NCBI GenBank assembly: GCA_958295685.2
Contig: OY282365.1
Span: 633,207-697,206, forward strand
Source: an uncultured Dehalococcoidia bacterium
GTDB taxonomy: Bacteria > Chloroflexota > Dehalococcoidia > Lucifugimonadales > CATQGZ01
Length of the DNA stretch: 64,000 nt
Direction: 5' to 3'
The position numbers and the translations under genes are program-made. The notes under the pieces are model-generated. The model was not told where the DNA came from. It made no database searches and saw only the letters and a program-made list of their open reading frames with translations. The first letter of the stretch is position 1. Every line of letters begins with the position of its first letter. Of the stretch, positions 42,556 through 51,581 are shown piece after piece.

Positions 42556-44829
42556 CTATTTGTGGAAGAGGTTCAGGGCCGACCCCGCGCGGAACCACTC
42601 TACTTGAGACTCTCCGAAGGAGTGGCAGAGTTCCAACTCGTCTCTCGTCCCGTCGGAGTGTCTGACGACGCATGAGACCGGCGCTCCGGGGGCCAGCCCC
42701 GCGAGGCCGACGAGGTCGATCCTGTCGTCCTCCCGGATCAGGTCGTAGTGGGCCGGGTCGCCGAAGGTGAGTGGAAGAAGGCCCTGCTTCTTCAGGTTGG
42801 TTTCATGGATGCGGGCGAAGCTCCGCGCTATTATGGCGGCTCCGCCCAGCAGTCTGGGGGACAGCGCGGCGTGCTCGCGGCTGCTGCCCTCGCCGTAGTT
42901 GTGGTCACCGACTACCACCCAGCGTACGCCCTTCGCCTTGTAGCGCCGGGCCACGACCGATATGGCCAAGCCGCTCTCGCCGGTGAGGGTGTCCCTGCCC
43001 TTGCCCGCCTCGCCCGTGAAGGCGTTTGCGGCGCCCATGAACATGTTGTCGCTGAACTTGTCGAGGTGGCCTCGCAGTCTGAGCCACGGTCCTGCGGGCG
43101 AGATGTGGTCGGTGGTGCACTTGCCTGTGACCTTGACCAGCAGCGGCATGTCCAGGAGGTCTTCTCCGTTCCACGCGGGCCACGGCTCCATGAGTTGAAG
43201 CCTCGGGCTGTCGGGGTCTACGACTATCTCGATGCCGCTTCCGTCGTCGGGCGGCTGGAAGAATGAGGAGCGGCCGCGCTCGAAGTTCCGCGGCGGCACG
43301 TCCGGCGCGGGTCCGGGCGGGTCCAGCTTGAAGGGGACGCCGTCGGCGCCGGTCAGGGTGTCGGCTGCCGGGTTGAATGAGAGGCGGCCCGCGAGGGATA
43401 GGGCCGTGACCGTCTCGGGGCTTGCGATGAAGTTCATCGTCTCGGAGCGGCCGTCGTTGCGCCTGGGGAAGTTCCTGTTGTACGAGGTGACGATGGTGTT
43501 CGGGACTCCGTCCAGCAGTTTTTCGCGCCGCCACTGGCCGATGCAGGGGCCGCAGGCGTTGGCGAGCACGGTGGCGCCGATGGACTTGAGCGCGTCCATC
43601 TGGCCGTCGCGCTCGATGGTCGCCCGCACCTGTTCGGAGCCGGGCGTCACCATCAGGGGCGCGCCGGCCTTGACGCCACGGGCGGACGCCTGCCGGGCCA
43701 CGTCGGCTGCGCGGCTCATGTCCTCGTAGGACGAATTGGTGCAGCTTCCTATAAGGCAGGTGTCGATCTCGTCGATGAAGGCGCTTTCGGCGTCGTCGAG
43801 TTCCTCGGCGAGGCGTGAGAGCGGTCGGGCGCGGTCCGGCGTGTGGGGGCCGACGACGTGCGGCTCCAGCTTGGAGAGGTCTATCTCCACCACGCGGTCG
43901 AAGTAGCTGTGCGGGTCTGCCTCTATGTCCTCGTCGGGAGTGAGCACGTGCCGGTGCCGGTTGGCGAGCTCCGCCAGGGGGGCCCGGCGGGTCGCGCGAA
44001 GGTAGCTCTCCATGCGCTCGTCGTAGGGGAACATGGAGGTGGTCGCGCCGAGCTCCGCTCCCATGTTGGTGATCGTCGCCTTCCCCGTGCAGCTTATGGA
44101 GCGCGCGCCGGGTCCGAAGTACTCGATAATCGAGTTGGTGCCGCCTGAGACCGTCAGCTCCCCCGCCAGGAACAGGATCACGTCCTTGGGCGCGGTCCAT
44201 CCGCTCATCTCGCCGGTCAGGTGAACGCCGACGCGTTTGGGATACAGCACCTCCCAAGGAAGGCCGGCCATCACCTCGACGGCGTCCGCGCCGCCCACGC
44301 CCACCGCGCACGCGCCGAGGCCGCCGGCGTTTGGGGTGTGGGAGTCGGTGCCGATGATCAGGGCTCCGGGGAACGCGTACTCCTCCAGCACCACCTGGTG
44401 GATGATGCCGGCGCCCGGGGCCCAGAAGCCCGCGCCGTACTTCGCGGCGGCGGACTTCAGGAAGTCGTAGACCTCGCTGTTCTCCTCCAGCGACTGTACG
44501 AGGTCCATCCCTCCTTCGGTCCGGGCCTGTATCAGGTGGTCGCAGTGTACCGTCGTGGGCACTGCGGCGCTCCTGCGCCTAGTCTGCATGAACTGGAGCA
44601 TCACCGTCTGCCCGAGGACGTCCTGCAGGGCCACGCGGTCCGGCCTCAGCGTCAGGTAGCTGCTGCCCGGCTCGAGGCTCCCGGCGGAGGTGTCGTCCAG
44701 ATGGGACAGGAGCACCTTGTCGGCCAGGCCCATGGGCCTTCCGAGGCGCCGCCGGAGCGCCCGGAGGGACGACTCCATCCTCTGGTAGACTCCGGAAACG
44801 AGCTCAGGCGTTGATTCTATGGCGACCAC
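42556..44829 (-). CDS. acnA: Aconitate hydratase (mitochondrial-type AcnA)
   Basis: TTVHCDH, GIIHQ, GTDSHT, IGSCTNSS, NACGPCIG, TTDHISPAG, GEGSSREHAA. Confidence 0.96.
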   Translation of the reverse strand: MVAIESTPELVSGVYQRMESSLRALRRRLGRPMGLADKVLLSHLDDTSAGSLEPGSSYLTLRPDRVALQDVLGQTVMLQFMQTRRRSAAVPTTVHCDHLIQARTEGGMDLVQSLEENSEVYDFLKSAAAKYGAGFWAPGAGIIHQVVLEEYAFPGALIIGTDSHTPNAGGLGACAVGVGGADAVEVMAGLPWEVLYPKRVGVHLTGEMSGWTAPKDVILFLAGELTVSGGTNSIIEYFGPGARSISCTGKATITNMGAELGATTSMFPYDERMESYLRATRRAPLAELANRHRHVLTPDEDIEADPHSYFDRVVEIDLSKLEPHVVGPHTPDRARPLSRLAEELDDAESAFIDEIDTCLIGSCTNSSYEDMSRAADVARQASARGVKAGAPLMVTPGSEQVRATIERDGQMDALKSIGATVLANACGPCIGQWRREKLLDGVPNTIVTSYNRNFPRRNDGRSETMNFIASPETVTALSLAGRLSFNPAADTLTGADGVPFKLDPPGPAPDVPPRNFERGRSSFFQPPDDGSGIEIVVDPDSPRLQLMEPWPAWNGEDLLDMPLLVKVTGKCTTDHISPAGPWLRLRGHLDKFSDNMFMGAANAFTGEAGKGRDTLTGESGLAISVVARRYKAKGVRWVVVGDHNYGEGSSREHAALSPRLLGGAAIIARSFARIHETNLKKQGLLPLTFGDPAHYDLIREDDRIDLVGLAGLAPGAPVSCVVRHSDGTRDELELCHSFGESQVEWFRAGSALNLFHK

Positions 44830-44988
44830 AACCCGGCCTCCTGGTAATTACGTGATTACTCTGTTGGACAGACGGCCGGACAGCAGGACGGCCCGGACCT
44901 CCCGATGCTTCCTCGCCTTCCGGCGGGACGAAGCCCCCCTATGCCCTGACGGACGCCGGGGCAGGGCCTGCCGACCCGTCCCGCTCGG

Positions 44989-45240
44989 TCAGTCTCTGGA
45001 CTGACCGAAGTACTCGTAGTTGAGATCGATGAACTTGTCCCATTCGGAGGGCGTGTCTTCCTCCGCGAAGATGGCAACCACGGGGCACACCGGCTCGCAG
45101 GCCGCGCAGTCGATGCACTCCTCGGGGCTGATCAGGAGCATCTTGTGGTCGGGGGCTTCGTAGATACAGTCGACCGGGCACACGTCGACGCAGGAGCGGT
45201 CGAGCACGTCCACGCACGGCTCGGCGATGATGTAGGTCAT
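44989..45240 (-). CDS. fdxA: 7Fe ([3Fe-4S][4Fe-4S]) ferredoxin
   Basis: CVDVLDRSCVDVCPVDC and CIDCAACEPVCP. Confidence 0.9.
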   Translation of the reverse strand: MTYIIAEPCVDVLDRSCVDVCPVDCIYEAPDHKMLLISPEECIDCAACEPVCPVVAIFAEEDTPSEWDKFIDLNYEYFGQSRD

Positions 45241-45342
45241 GCTTGTGGGGGCCTCCCTTAGTTTCTATCGGTGATTCAGGATTGCGTCTGCGCCCAATTA
45301 TAATAGGTGAGTTTCGCGCCTTTCAAGAACCTGGGGCGTCGC

Positions 45343-45432
45343 AGGTCAGTGGTCAGTGGCCCAGACCCCCCTGCCAGAGGGGAGAACCCCTCTGGACTCC
45401 CCCTTCGGATCTCACCAACTCTGAACAGTTGC
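45343..45432. mobile_element. Partial MITE (right part) preceded by GGTCAGT heptamer repeats
   Basis: CCAGACCCCCTGCCAGAGGGG..CCCCTCTGGACTCCCCCTTCGG..CTCTGAACAGTTGC aligns with 12405-12476. Confidence 0.75.
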
Positions 45433-45488
45433 GACGTCGCAGGTGTGCTGGCATATGCCGAGGGTGCCGCGTCTGGTATGAGACGCGC

Positions 45489-46367
45489 TTATATTTGTCT
45501 CAGCCTGGGGTCGAACCGGTCCCGCATCCAGTCGCCCAGGAAATTGAAGGCGGCCACGGTGAGGAATATGGCGATCCCCGGAACGATGGCGATCCACCAG
45601 GCCTTGAGTATGTAGGTCTGTCCCTCGGCTACCATCGCTCCCCAGGTCGGCCTCGTGCCGCCGGCGCCGATTCCGAGGAAGCTCAGGCCAGCCTCTGCTA
45701 TGATCAGCCCGCCGACCCTCATGCTGGTGATCACGAGCACCACGTGAGTCACCTGGGGCCACAGGTGCCGGTAGATTATCCGCCAGTCCGAAGCGCCGGC
45801 CACCCTGGCCAGCGCCACGTAGTCCCGCTCCCTCAGGGACAGCACTTCGCCCCTCACGTTTCGGGCTCCGGCGGACCATGAAGACAGCGCAAGCAGCCAT
45901 ATGACGGTGACGAGGCCTCCTCCTATGGTCACGGCGACGACCAGGGCGAGCAGCAGGAACGGCAGCGCCAGCCACAGGTCGACGAGGCGCATGATGACCT
46001 CGTCTATGATGCCGCCGTAGTACCCCGCCACTATCCCGGACACGGTGCCCACGAGCAGGCCGAAGCCCAGGGCGATGCCGGCCACCATGAGGGACGTGCG
46101 GGAGCCGACTAGGAGCCGGCTGAAGATGTCGCGGCCCAGGTGGTCGGTCCCCAGCACGTGGTCGATGGAGCCTTCTTCGACCCAGAAGGGCGGGATGAAC
46201 CGCGCGCGGAGGTCCTGGTCCCGAGGGTCGTGGGGCGCGAGGCTGTCGCCAAAGAGGGCGGTGACGGCCACCGCGGCGAGGACGACCGCCGGAATCACGG
46301 GCCAGCGGCGCAGGAACTCCCACGACACTCGTGGAACGTCCAGGAATCTCCGGGCCGCAGTCAGCAA
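45489..46367 (-). CDS. ABC peptide/nickel transporter permease (DppC/OppC)
   Basis: LGTDHLGRDIFSRL, EAA-like loop ARVAGASDWRI, EAGLSFLGIG. Confidence 0.93.
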   Translation of the reverse strand: MLTAARRFLDVPRVSWEFLRRWPVIPAVVLAAVAVTALFGDSLAPHDPRDQDLRARFIPPFWVEEGSIDHVLGTDHLGRDIFSRLLVGSRTSLMVAGIALGFGLLVGTVSGIVAGYYGGIIDEVIMRLVDLWLALPFLLLALVVAVTIGGGLVTVIWLLALSSWSAGARNVRGEVLSLRERDYVALARVAGASDWRIIYRHLWPQVTHVVLVITSMRVGGLIIAEAGLSFLGIGAGGTRPTWGAMVAEGQTYILKAWWIAIVPGIAIFLTVAAFNFLGDWMRDRFDPRLRQI

Positions 46368-46380
46368 AGCACGCCCTCTC

Positions 46381-47328
46381 TCAGGAGTACCGGATGCGCG
46401 GGTCGACGAGAGCGTAGAGCAGGTCGGCCACGAAGTTCATGCCCACGTAGACCACGCCGAAGAACAGGACTATCCCCGACAGAAGCGGGAAGTCGTTGTT
46501 CCAGGTGGCCTGCACCGCCAGTCGGGCGATTCCCGGCCAGGCGAACACCGTCTCGATGAAGAGGACGCCGGTTATGAAGGATGCCAGCACCAGCGCGGAG
46601 ACTGTCAGCGGCTGGACGAGGGCGTTCCTGAGGGCGTGCTTCCAGATGACCAGCCATTCGGTCACTCCCTTGGCCCGGGCCAGCTTCACGTACTCCGAGT
46701 CCAGAATCTCCAGCATGGAAGAGCGGGTGAGGCGCACGTAGCTGGCCAGAGGCTCGAAGGCCAGCACGACGGCCGGGAGCACCATGTGCCTGATCTCCGT
46801 AACGAGGCCCTCATGAATCTCGCGCCCCGATACGGGCAGCCAGCCGAGGTTCACGGCGAAGATGTATATGGCCACGATGGACAGCCAGAAGCTCGGCGTG
46901 GCCTGGCCCACCAGCGCAAGAGATCGGCCGAGGTAATCGAGGACCGATGCCCTCCTGACCGCCGAGAGCACACCCAGGGGTATGCCTACCAGGGTGGCCA
47001 GGACCCAGCCCGCCAATGCCAGCTGGGCGGTCGCTCCCAGCCGTGCCTGGATCGACTCCCTGACCGGCTTTTCTCCGTTGAGGCTCTTGCCGAGGTCTCC
47101 TCTGAGAATCCTTCCCATCCACACCACGTACTGGACGGGGATGGGCCTGTCCAGGCCCCATTTCTTCTGGAGGTGCTCCTTCGCCGTGGGCGCGATGCCG
47201 TAGGCGTCGTCCCTGATGAACATGAGCATGGGGTCCGGGCCGGCTCTTGAAAGGCTGAAGACCACGATGGTTATTCCCCACATGGTCAGGACTCCGAAGA
47301 CCAGTCTCCGGTAGATGAACCTTCTCAT
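46381..47328 (-). CDS. ABC peptide/nickel transporter permease (DppB/OppB)
   Basis: GLDRPIPVQY, GDLGKS, YVKLARAKG, HALRNAL, ETVFAWPG, DPRIR. Confidence 0.94.
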   Translation of the reverse strand: MRRFIYRRLVFGVLTMWGITIVVFSLSRAGPDPMLMFIRDDAYGIAPTAKEHLQKKWGLDRPIPVQYVVWMGRILRGDLGKSLNGEKPVRESIQARLGATAQLALAGWVLATLVGIPLGVLSAVRRASVLDYLGRSLALVGQATPSFWLSIVAIYIFAVNLGWLPVSGREIHEGLVTEIRHMVLPAVVLAFEPLASYVRLTRSSMLEILDSEYVKLARAKGVTEWLVIWKHALRNALVQPLTVSALVLASFITGVLFIETVFAWPGIARLAVQATWNNDFPLLSGIVLFFGVVYVGMNFVADLLYALVDPRIRYS

Positions 47329-47378
47329 GGTCTCCTAACTTGCCGGGCGGCGGGCCCGGCGTACCCGGGCGGCAACTA

Positions 47379-47415
47379 CGGTGAGGGGAGACTGCCGGGC
47401 AGCCTCCCCTCACCG
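47379..47415 (-). terminator. GC-rich hairpin between SBP and permease genes (partial terminator or mRNA stabiliser)
   Basis: CGGTGAGGGGAGACTGCC/GGCAGCCTCCCCTCACCG; no U-tract. Confidence 0.5.
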
Positions 47416-47453
47416 TTCTGAGCGCGTCCGATTGCTCGTTCGGGAGCGCTGCG

Positions 47454-49472
47454 TTACTTGAGCTCTATGTGCGCCCACGGGTTGATGGCGCCGCGGAAGC
47501 CCATCGGGTAGGACCACGCCTCGATCTTGTTGGGGTTGTAGGTCCAGACGCTGCGGAGGATCACGACGCCCGGCGCCAGCGCCTGCTCGCGCATGAAGTC
47601 GGCGAACTTCCGGTTGATCTCTATGCGCTTGTCGTAGTCCTGCTCCGCGCTGGCCATGAGATTGGCTTCAGAGCACTGGGGCGCCTCGACGCCGCGGCTC
47701 TTGCCGCCCCGGCTGAGCGAGCTGCACTGTATTGCCCTCGGCCAGTCGTAAGGCATCAGGGCCGACCACCCGTCGAGCCACGGCTCGACGGCGGAGCGGG
47801 TAACCACGCCCGGCCGCCACACCTCGTAGGCGTAGTGGTTCACGGGAACGTCGATTCCAATGTCTCTGAGCATACCGCCGACGGCGTCGGAGAGCGCGGC
47901 GCGGGTCGCCCGGCCGTAGTTCCAGCCGTACATCGGCATCTCGAACCGGATGCCGTCGCTCCCGCGGGGATACCCTGCCTTGTCCAGCAGCGACTCCGCA
48001 TAGGCCGGGTCGTAGCCGAACGCCCACTTGGGGTCCCAGTTGGGGTCGCGTGGGTCGAAGAGAAGCTGGTGTATGGGCAGGCCGACGCCGCCCAGTATCT
48101 CATCGTTCAGCAGTTCGCGGTCTATGGCGAACGCGATGGCTTCGCGGACGAGCCTCGCCTGCTCCATGTCGTCGATGCCCGGCGGGTTGTTATTGTCGTC
48201 GGGCTTGAACGGGTTGCCTATCCAGGGGAGGTCGTGCACGTAGGTGTTCCTCTCCAGGGTCTCGCCCGTCTTGGCGTGCGTCTCCTCCCACAGGTTGCCG
48301 CTGAACCACAGCCCGTAGGCCGCGCCCGCGCTGGTGGGCGCGGTCTTGAACCCGGACTCCTGAAGGTCTAGGGACTGCGAGGTGGGCACGTCGCTCACGT
48401 CGGCCGAGCCGGCCTCAAGGGCCGCCTGCTTGACCGTCGGATCGGGTGTCTGCGCCCAGACCAGGGAGCTGTATGTGGGGGCTTTCCACCAGTGGTCTGG
48501 GACCGCCTCGAATATGAACCTGTCGCCCCGGACCCACTCGATGAGCTTGAACGGCCCGCTGCCGGCCGTGTGGTCGACGTACCAGTCCTCGCCCAGTTGG
48601 TCGAAGGCGCCTTTGCTGAGGATGCACTCCTGGAGTCCGTCCTCTCCGAAGAACGCCTGCTGCCACTGCGGCAGGAAGGAGGCCCAGCTCAGTTCCACCG
48701 TGTTCTCGTCCACGGCGACCTGCTCATTGCTGCCCAGGAAGGCGCCCAGGTTGCCGCTGCCGTCCGTGGCGCTCTGCGGGTTCGTGTGCGGGTTGGCGTC
48801 GTTGATGCTCCAGACGACGTCGGCCGCGGTCACGTTGCCAAAGTCCCTCCCCTCGAAGCTGTGGAACGGCACGTTCTCCTGGATGTTGACCGTGGCGCCG
48901 AGGTAGTCCGCGTGCAGCTCCCAGGACTTGGCCAGCTTTCCGATCCGCTCCCCAGCCATGTTGACGGTGAACAGGTCCTCGCAGGTCGTCTTGCTGCTGT
49001 ACGGCCCTCCGTAGAAGGCGTTTCTGCCTCCGCCCGAGTCGGGGACGTAGTTGGTGGCGAACCTGACCTCTCCGGCCTTGGTCTTCGGACTGGGGGCCGG
49101 CCTCACCACCCGCGCGGGGGTGGGAATGGGGACGGGCGTTACGACCACTATCCTCTCTTCTATCTTGGTTACCACTCTTTCGACCGGCACTTCCTTGACT
49201 TCAACCACCACCTCCCTGACCACGACCGTCTCGCCCGGGACCTCGACCTCCCTCACGACCTCCTTGATGACCTCCACGGGCTTCTCGATCTCCACGGTCT
49301 CGATGACGCGCTTTTCCACTTCGACTATCTTCTCGACCGGCACCTCTCTGACAACTTCCTGAGTCACCACGCGCTCGACGGGTACCTCCCTGACTACCTC
49401 TGTTGAGCACGCCATCAGTATTAGAGCCGACGAGACGGCGGCGAAGATGATCCAACTTGAGATGTTATTCAT
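47454..49472 (-). CDS. Family 5 ABC substrate-binding lipoprotein with V/E/K/P-rich N-terminal stalk
   Basis: Lipobox LMAC, VREVPVE(K/R) repeats, LAKSWE, TAADVVWS, GSGPF, VREAIAFAIDR. Confidence 0.9.
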   Translation of the reverse strand: MNNISSWIIFAAVSSALILMACSTEVVREVPVERVVTQEVVREVPVEKIVEVEKRVIETVEIEKPVEVIKEVVREVEVPGETVVVREVVVEVKEVPVERVVTKIEERIVVVTPVPIPTPARVVRPAPSPKTKAGEVRFATNYVPDSGGGRNAFYGGPYSSKTTCEDLFTVNMAGERIGKLAKSWELHADYLGATVNIQENVPFHSFEGRDFGNVTAADVVWSINDANPHTNPQSATDGSGNLGAFLGSNEQVAVDENTVELSWASFLPQWQQAFFGEDGLQECILSKGAFDQLGEDWYVDHTAGSGPFKLIEWVRGDRFIFEAVPDHWWKAPTYSSLVWAQTPDPTVKQAALEAGSADVSDVPTSQSLDLQESGFKTAPTSAGAAYGLWFSGNLWEETHAKTGETLERNTYVHDLPWIGNPFKPDDNNNPPGIDDMEQARLVREAIAFAIDRELLNDEILGGVGLPIHQLLFDPRDPNWDPKWAFGYDPAYAESLLDKAGYPRGSDGIRFEMPMYGWNYGRATRAALSDAVGGMLRDIGIDVPVNHYAYEVWRPGVVTRSAVEPWLDGWSALMPYDWPRAIQCSSLSRGGKSRGVEAPQCSEANLMASAEQDYDKRIEINRKFADFMREQALAPGVVILRSVWTYNPNKIEAWSYPMGFRGAINPWAHIELK

Positions 49473-49534
49473 GGGGCTTCCTCCACAGTGCTGCGCTTCC
49501 TATCAATACCCGTTGCCACCAGCCTCCGGCTCAG

Positions 49535-49576
49535 GGATTATCACGTTTCGGGTGTGTGTGTCAAATTCTGTTGACG
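49535..49576 (-). promoter_or_regulatory. Transporter operon promoter with overlapping GTCAA-N6-TTGAC palindrome
   Basis: Minus strand TTGACA-16-GATAAT; GTCAAATTCTGTTGAC at 49560-49575. Confidence 0.55.
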
Positions 49577-49580
49577 GTCC

Positions 49581-49710
49581 GTAACTGTTCATGAGGTCCT
49601 TCCGATCAGCGCCAGTCCTGATAAAATCGGATGGCTGGTTTCCCCACCCGCCCACCCCTTTGGAAACTGGGGGCAGAGCCCCCAGACCCCCTGCCAGAGG
49701 GACTGGGGCG
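49581..49710. mobile_element. Partial MITE (left part)
   Basis: GTAACTGTTCA..GAGGTC..CGATCAGCG..GATAA..CCCACCCGCCCA..GAAACTGGGGGCA.AGCCCCCAGACCCCCTGCCAGAGGG aligns with 12243-12366. Confidence 0.75.
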
Positions 49711-49759
49711 ACGAGCCGGTCCTTGCGTCCGGGGGCCTCCGGGGCTCGGCGGCGGCGGG

Positions 49760-50040
49760 AAATTTTTTGCGAAAGTGTCGGATTTTGCGGGCATTTCGCG
49801 GCCATTTCGTAGCTGGGAGGGCCTCAGACGGCTCGGAATTACGTGACACTATGTGACAGTTATGTGACACTTATCTGACACTTTTGTGACACTTATCTGA
49901 CACTTTTGTGACAGTTTGTGACACTTTTGTGACACTATCTGACAGGTCAACGCAGGCGATGCAGGAGTCCTGCGGGCGGTTTGTGGAGAGAGGCGGCTGT
50001 GTCATGGGAATACTCTAGCACAGCGGTTCGTGGCTGTCAA
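49760..50040 (-). repeat. LexA-box promoter / phased-repeat cassette copy 5 (class B) with 10-unit array
   Basis: TTGACA(50035-50040)-17-TAGAGT, GAAC-CGCT-GTGC, ATG 50005; plus-strand TGACA at 49844-49940, spacing 10-11 bp; core 49808-49815. Confidence 0.88.
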
Positions 50041-50056
50041 GGGTTGTCTGAATCAG

Positions 50057-50101
50057 GTAACTGTTCACCCCCTTCGGACCCCACAGGGTCCGAACTGTTA
50101 C
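50057..50101. mobile_element. 45-bp minimal MITE inserted into an AGGATT repeat
   Basis: GTAACTGTTC...GAACTGTTAC flanked by TGAATCAG / AGAATCAG (7/8 TSD). Confidence 0.75.
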
Positions 50102-50165
50102 AGAATCAGGATTGTCAGGATTGGGCGGGTCCATGATTCTGTGAGGCGCCGGGCTGAATCTGGGG

Positions 50166-51437
50166 TCACCTGGTGACTCCCTCGTCGATCAGCCGCCGGA
50201 TCTGGTTCGGCGCGTATCCCAGGCGCGCCAGTATCTCCTCAGTGTCTTCTCCCAGCGTGGGGGACGCCCGGGACGCGGCCGGAGGCGTGGCGCTCATGTT
50301 CAGTATCGGGCCGACCATCTTCACGGGGCCGGCCAGCGAGTGTTCCAGCTCGACGACGAGGTCGTTGGCCAACACCTGCTCGTCGGACAGGAGTTCGTCG
50401 GGGAGCTTGACGGGCGCGGCGGGCACTCCGGCCCGGTCGAACGTCCGGAGCCAGTCGGCGACGGTCCTGCGACGGAGGACGCCGCGCACCCGCTCGGTCA
50501 GGTCGGCGTCTAGGGCTTCGAAGTCCGCGGAATCGGGGTCGAAGTCGGGATCGAATCTGGGGTCGTCCAGCCCGAGCGCGTCCAGGAGGCGGATTCGGAG
50601 CCGCCTGCTGAGGCACGCCACGGTTATCACTCCGTCGCTGGCCTGGTAGGCGCGGTAGAAGGGGTCGCGCTCCCTCCAGGGAGAACGGAGGCGGCGGTAC
50701 TCCTCGATGATCTCGTCGAAGGGCGCCCCCTGCCCTCTCAGGCGGTCGAGCGCGTCCAGGAAGTCTTTCCGCGGCCCCTGATCGATCGCCTCCACCTGAG
50801 TCAGGACCATCGTCTGGAAGGCCATTGTGGTGGCGAGCAGAGTCGACTCCACAATCTGGCCCCTGCCCGTCCGCTCGCGGTGGTACAGCGCGGCGCAGAT
50901 GCCCCAAGCCATGGCCAGACCGGTGGCGAAGTCGGCCACGGCGGTGGACTGGACGCGGAGTGGGAGTCCGTCCTCCAGCTTGGCCTCCGACGCCATGAGT
51001 CCCGTGACCGCCTGCGCGATCAGGTCGAATCCCGGGCGTCGACGGTCAGGGCCGGTTCTGCCGAAAGCGGTATTGTCGCAGTAGACGAGGTTGGGCTTTT
51101 TCGCTGAGAGCGTCTCGTAGTCGATGCCCAGCTTTGCGCCGACGTCCGGGCGGGCGTTCACTATCACCACGTCGGTGTGTTCCAGAAGCCTGTAGACTAT
51201 CTCTCTGGCCTCCGGCCTGGTCAGGTCGAGCGGGAGGCTGCGCTTGCCGCGGTTCAGGGAGATGAAGTTGCGGCTCTCGTTCGGGATGAACGGGGAGGCG
51301 TGCCTCCAGGGTTCTCCGTCGGGCGGCTCTATCTTGATTACGTGGGCGCCGAGGTCGCCGAGGAGCATCCCTGCGAACGGGCCCGCGATGTACTCGCTGA
51401 ACTCCAGCACCTCTATGCCGCTCAGGGCTCCATCCAT
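50166..51437 (-). CDS. CaiB/BaiF family III CoA-transferase
   Basis: IAGPFA..LGDLGAHVIKIEPPDGE, NRGKRS, AFGRTGP, GFDLIAQA. Confidence 0.92.
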   Translation of the reverse strand: MDGALSGIEVLEFSEYIAGPFAGMLLGDLGAHVIKIEPPDGEPWRHASPFIPNESRNFISLNRGKRSLPLDLTRPEAREIVYRLLEHTDVVIVNARPDVGAKLGIDYETLSAKKPNLVYCDNTAFGRTGPDRRRPGFDLIAQAVTGLMASEAKLEDGLPLRVQSTAVADFATGLAMAWGICAALYHRERTGRGQIVESTLLATTMAFQTMVLTQVEAIDQGPRKDFLDALDRLRGQGAPFDEIIEEYRRLRSPWRERDPFYRAYQASDGVITVACLSRRLRIRLLDALGLDDPRFDPDFDPDSADFEALDADLTERVRGVLRRRTVADWLRTFDRAGVPAAPVKLPDELLSDEQVLANDLVVELEHSLAGPVKMVGPILNMSATPPAASRASPTLGEDTEEILARLGYAPNQIRRLIDEGVTR

Positions 51438-51581
51438 TTTTTCCCTTCTCCTGTGGGTGCTGCCGGACGGCGGTCCGCCTTGCTACGGGCATTCTTATTT
51501 GATACCTTATCCGGCGCCAAGATAAGGATCCGGCGCCAGATAAGGCGAACCAACACGGGCAAAGGACACACGAATCTTACC

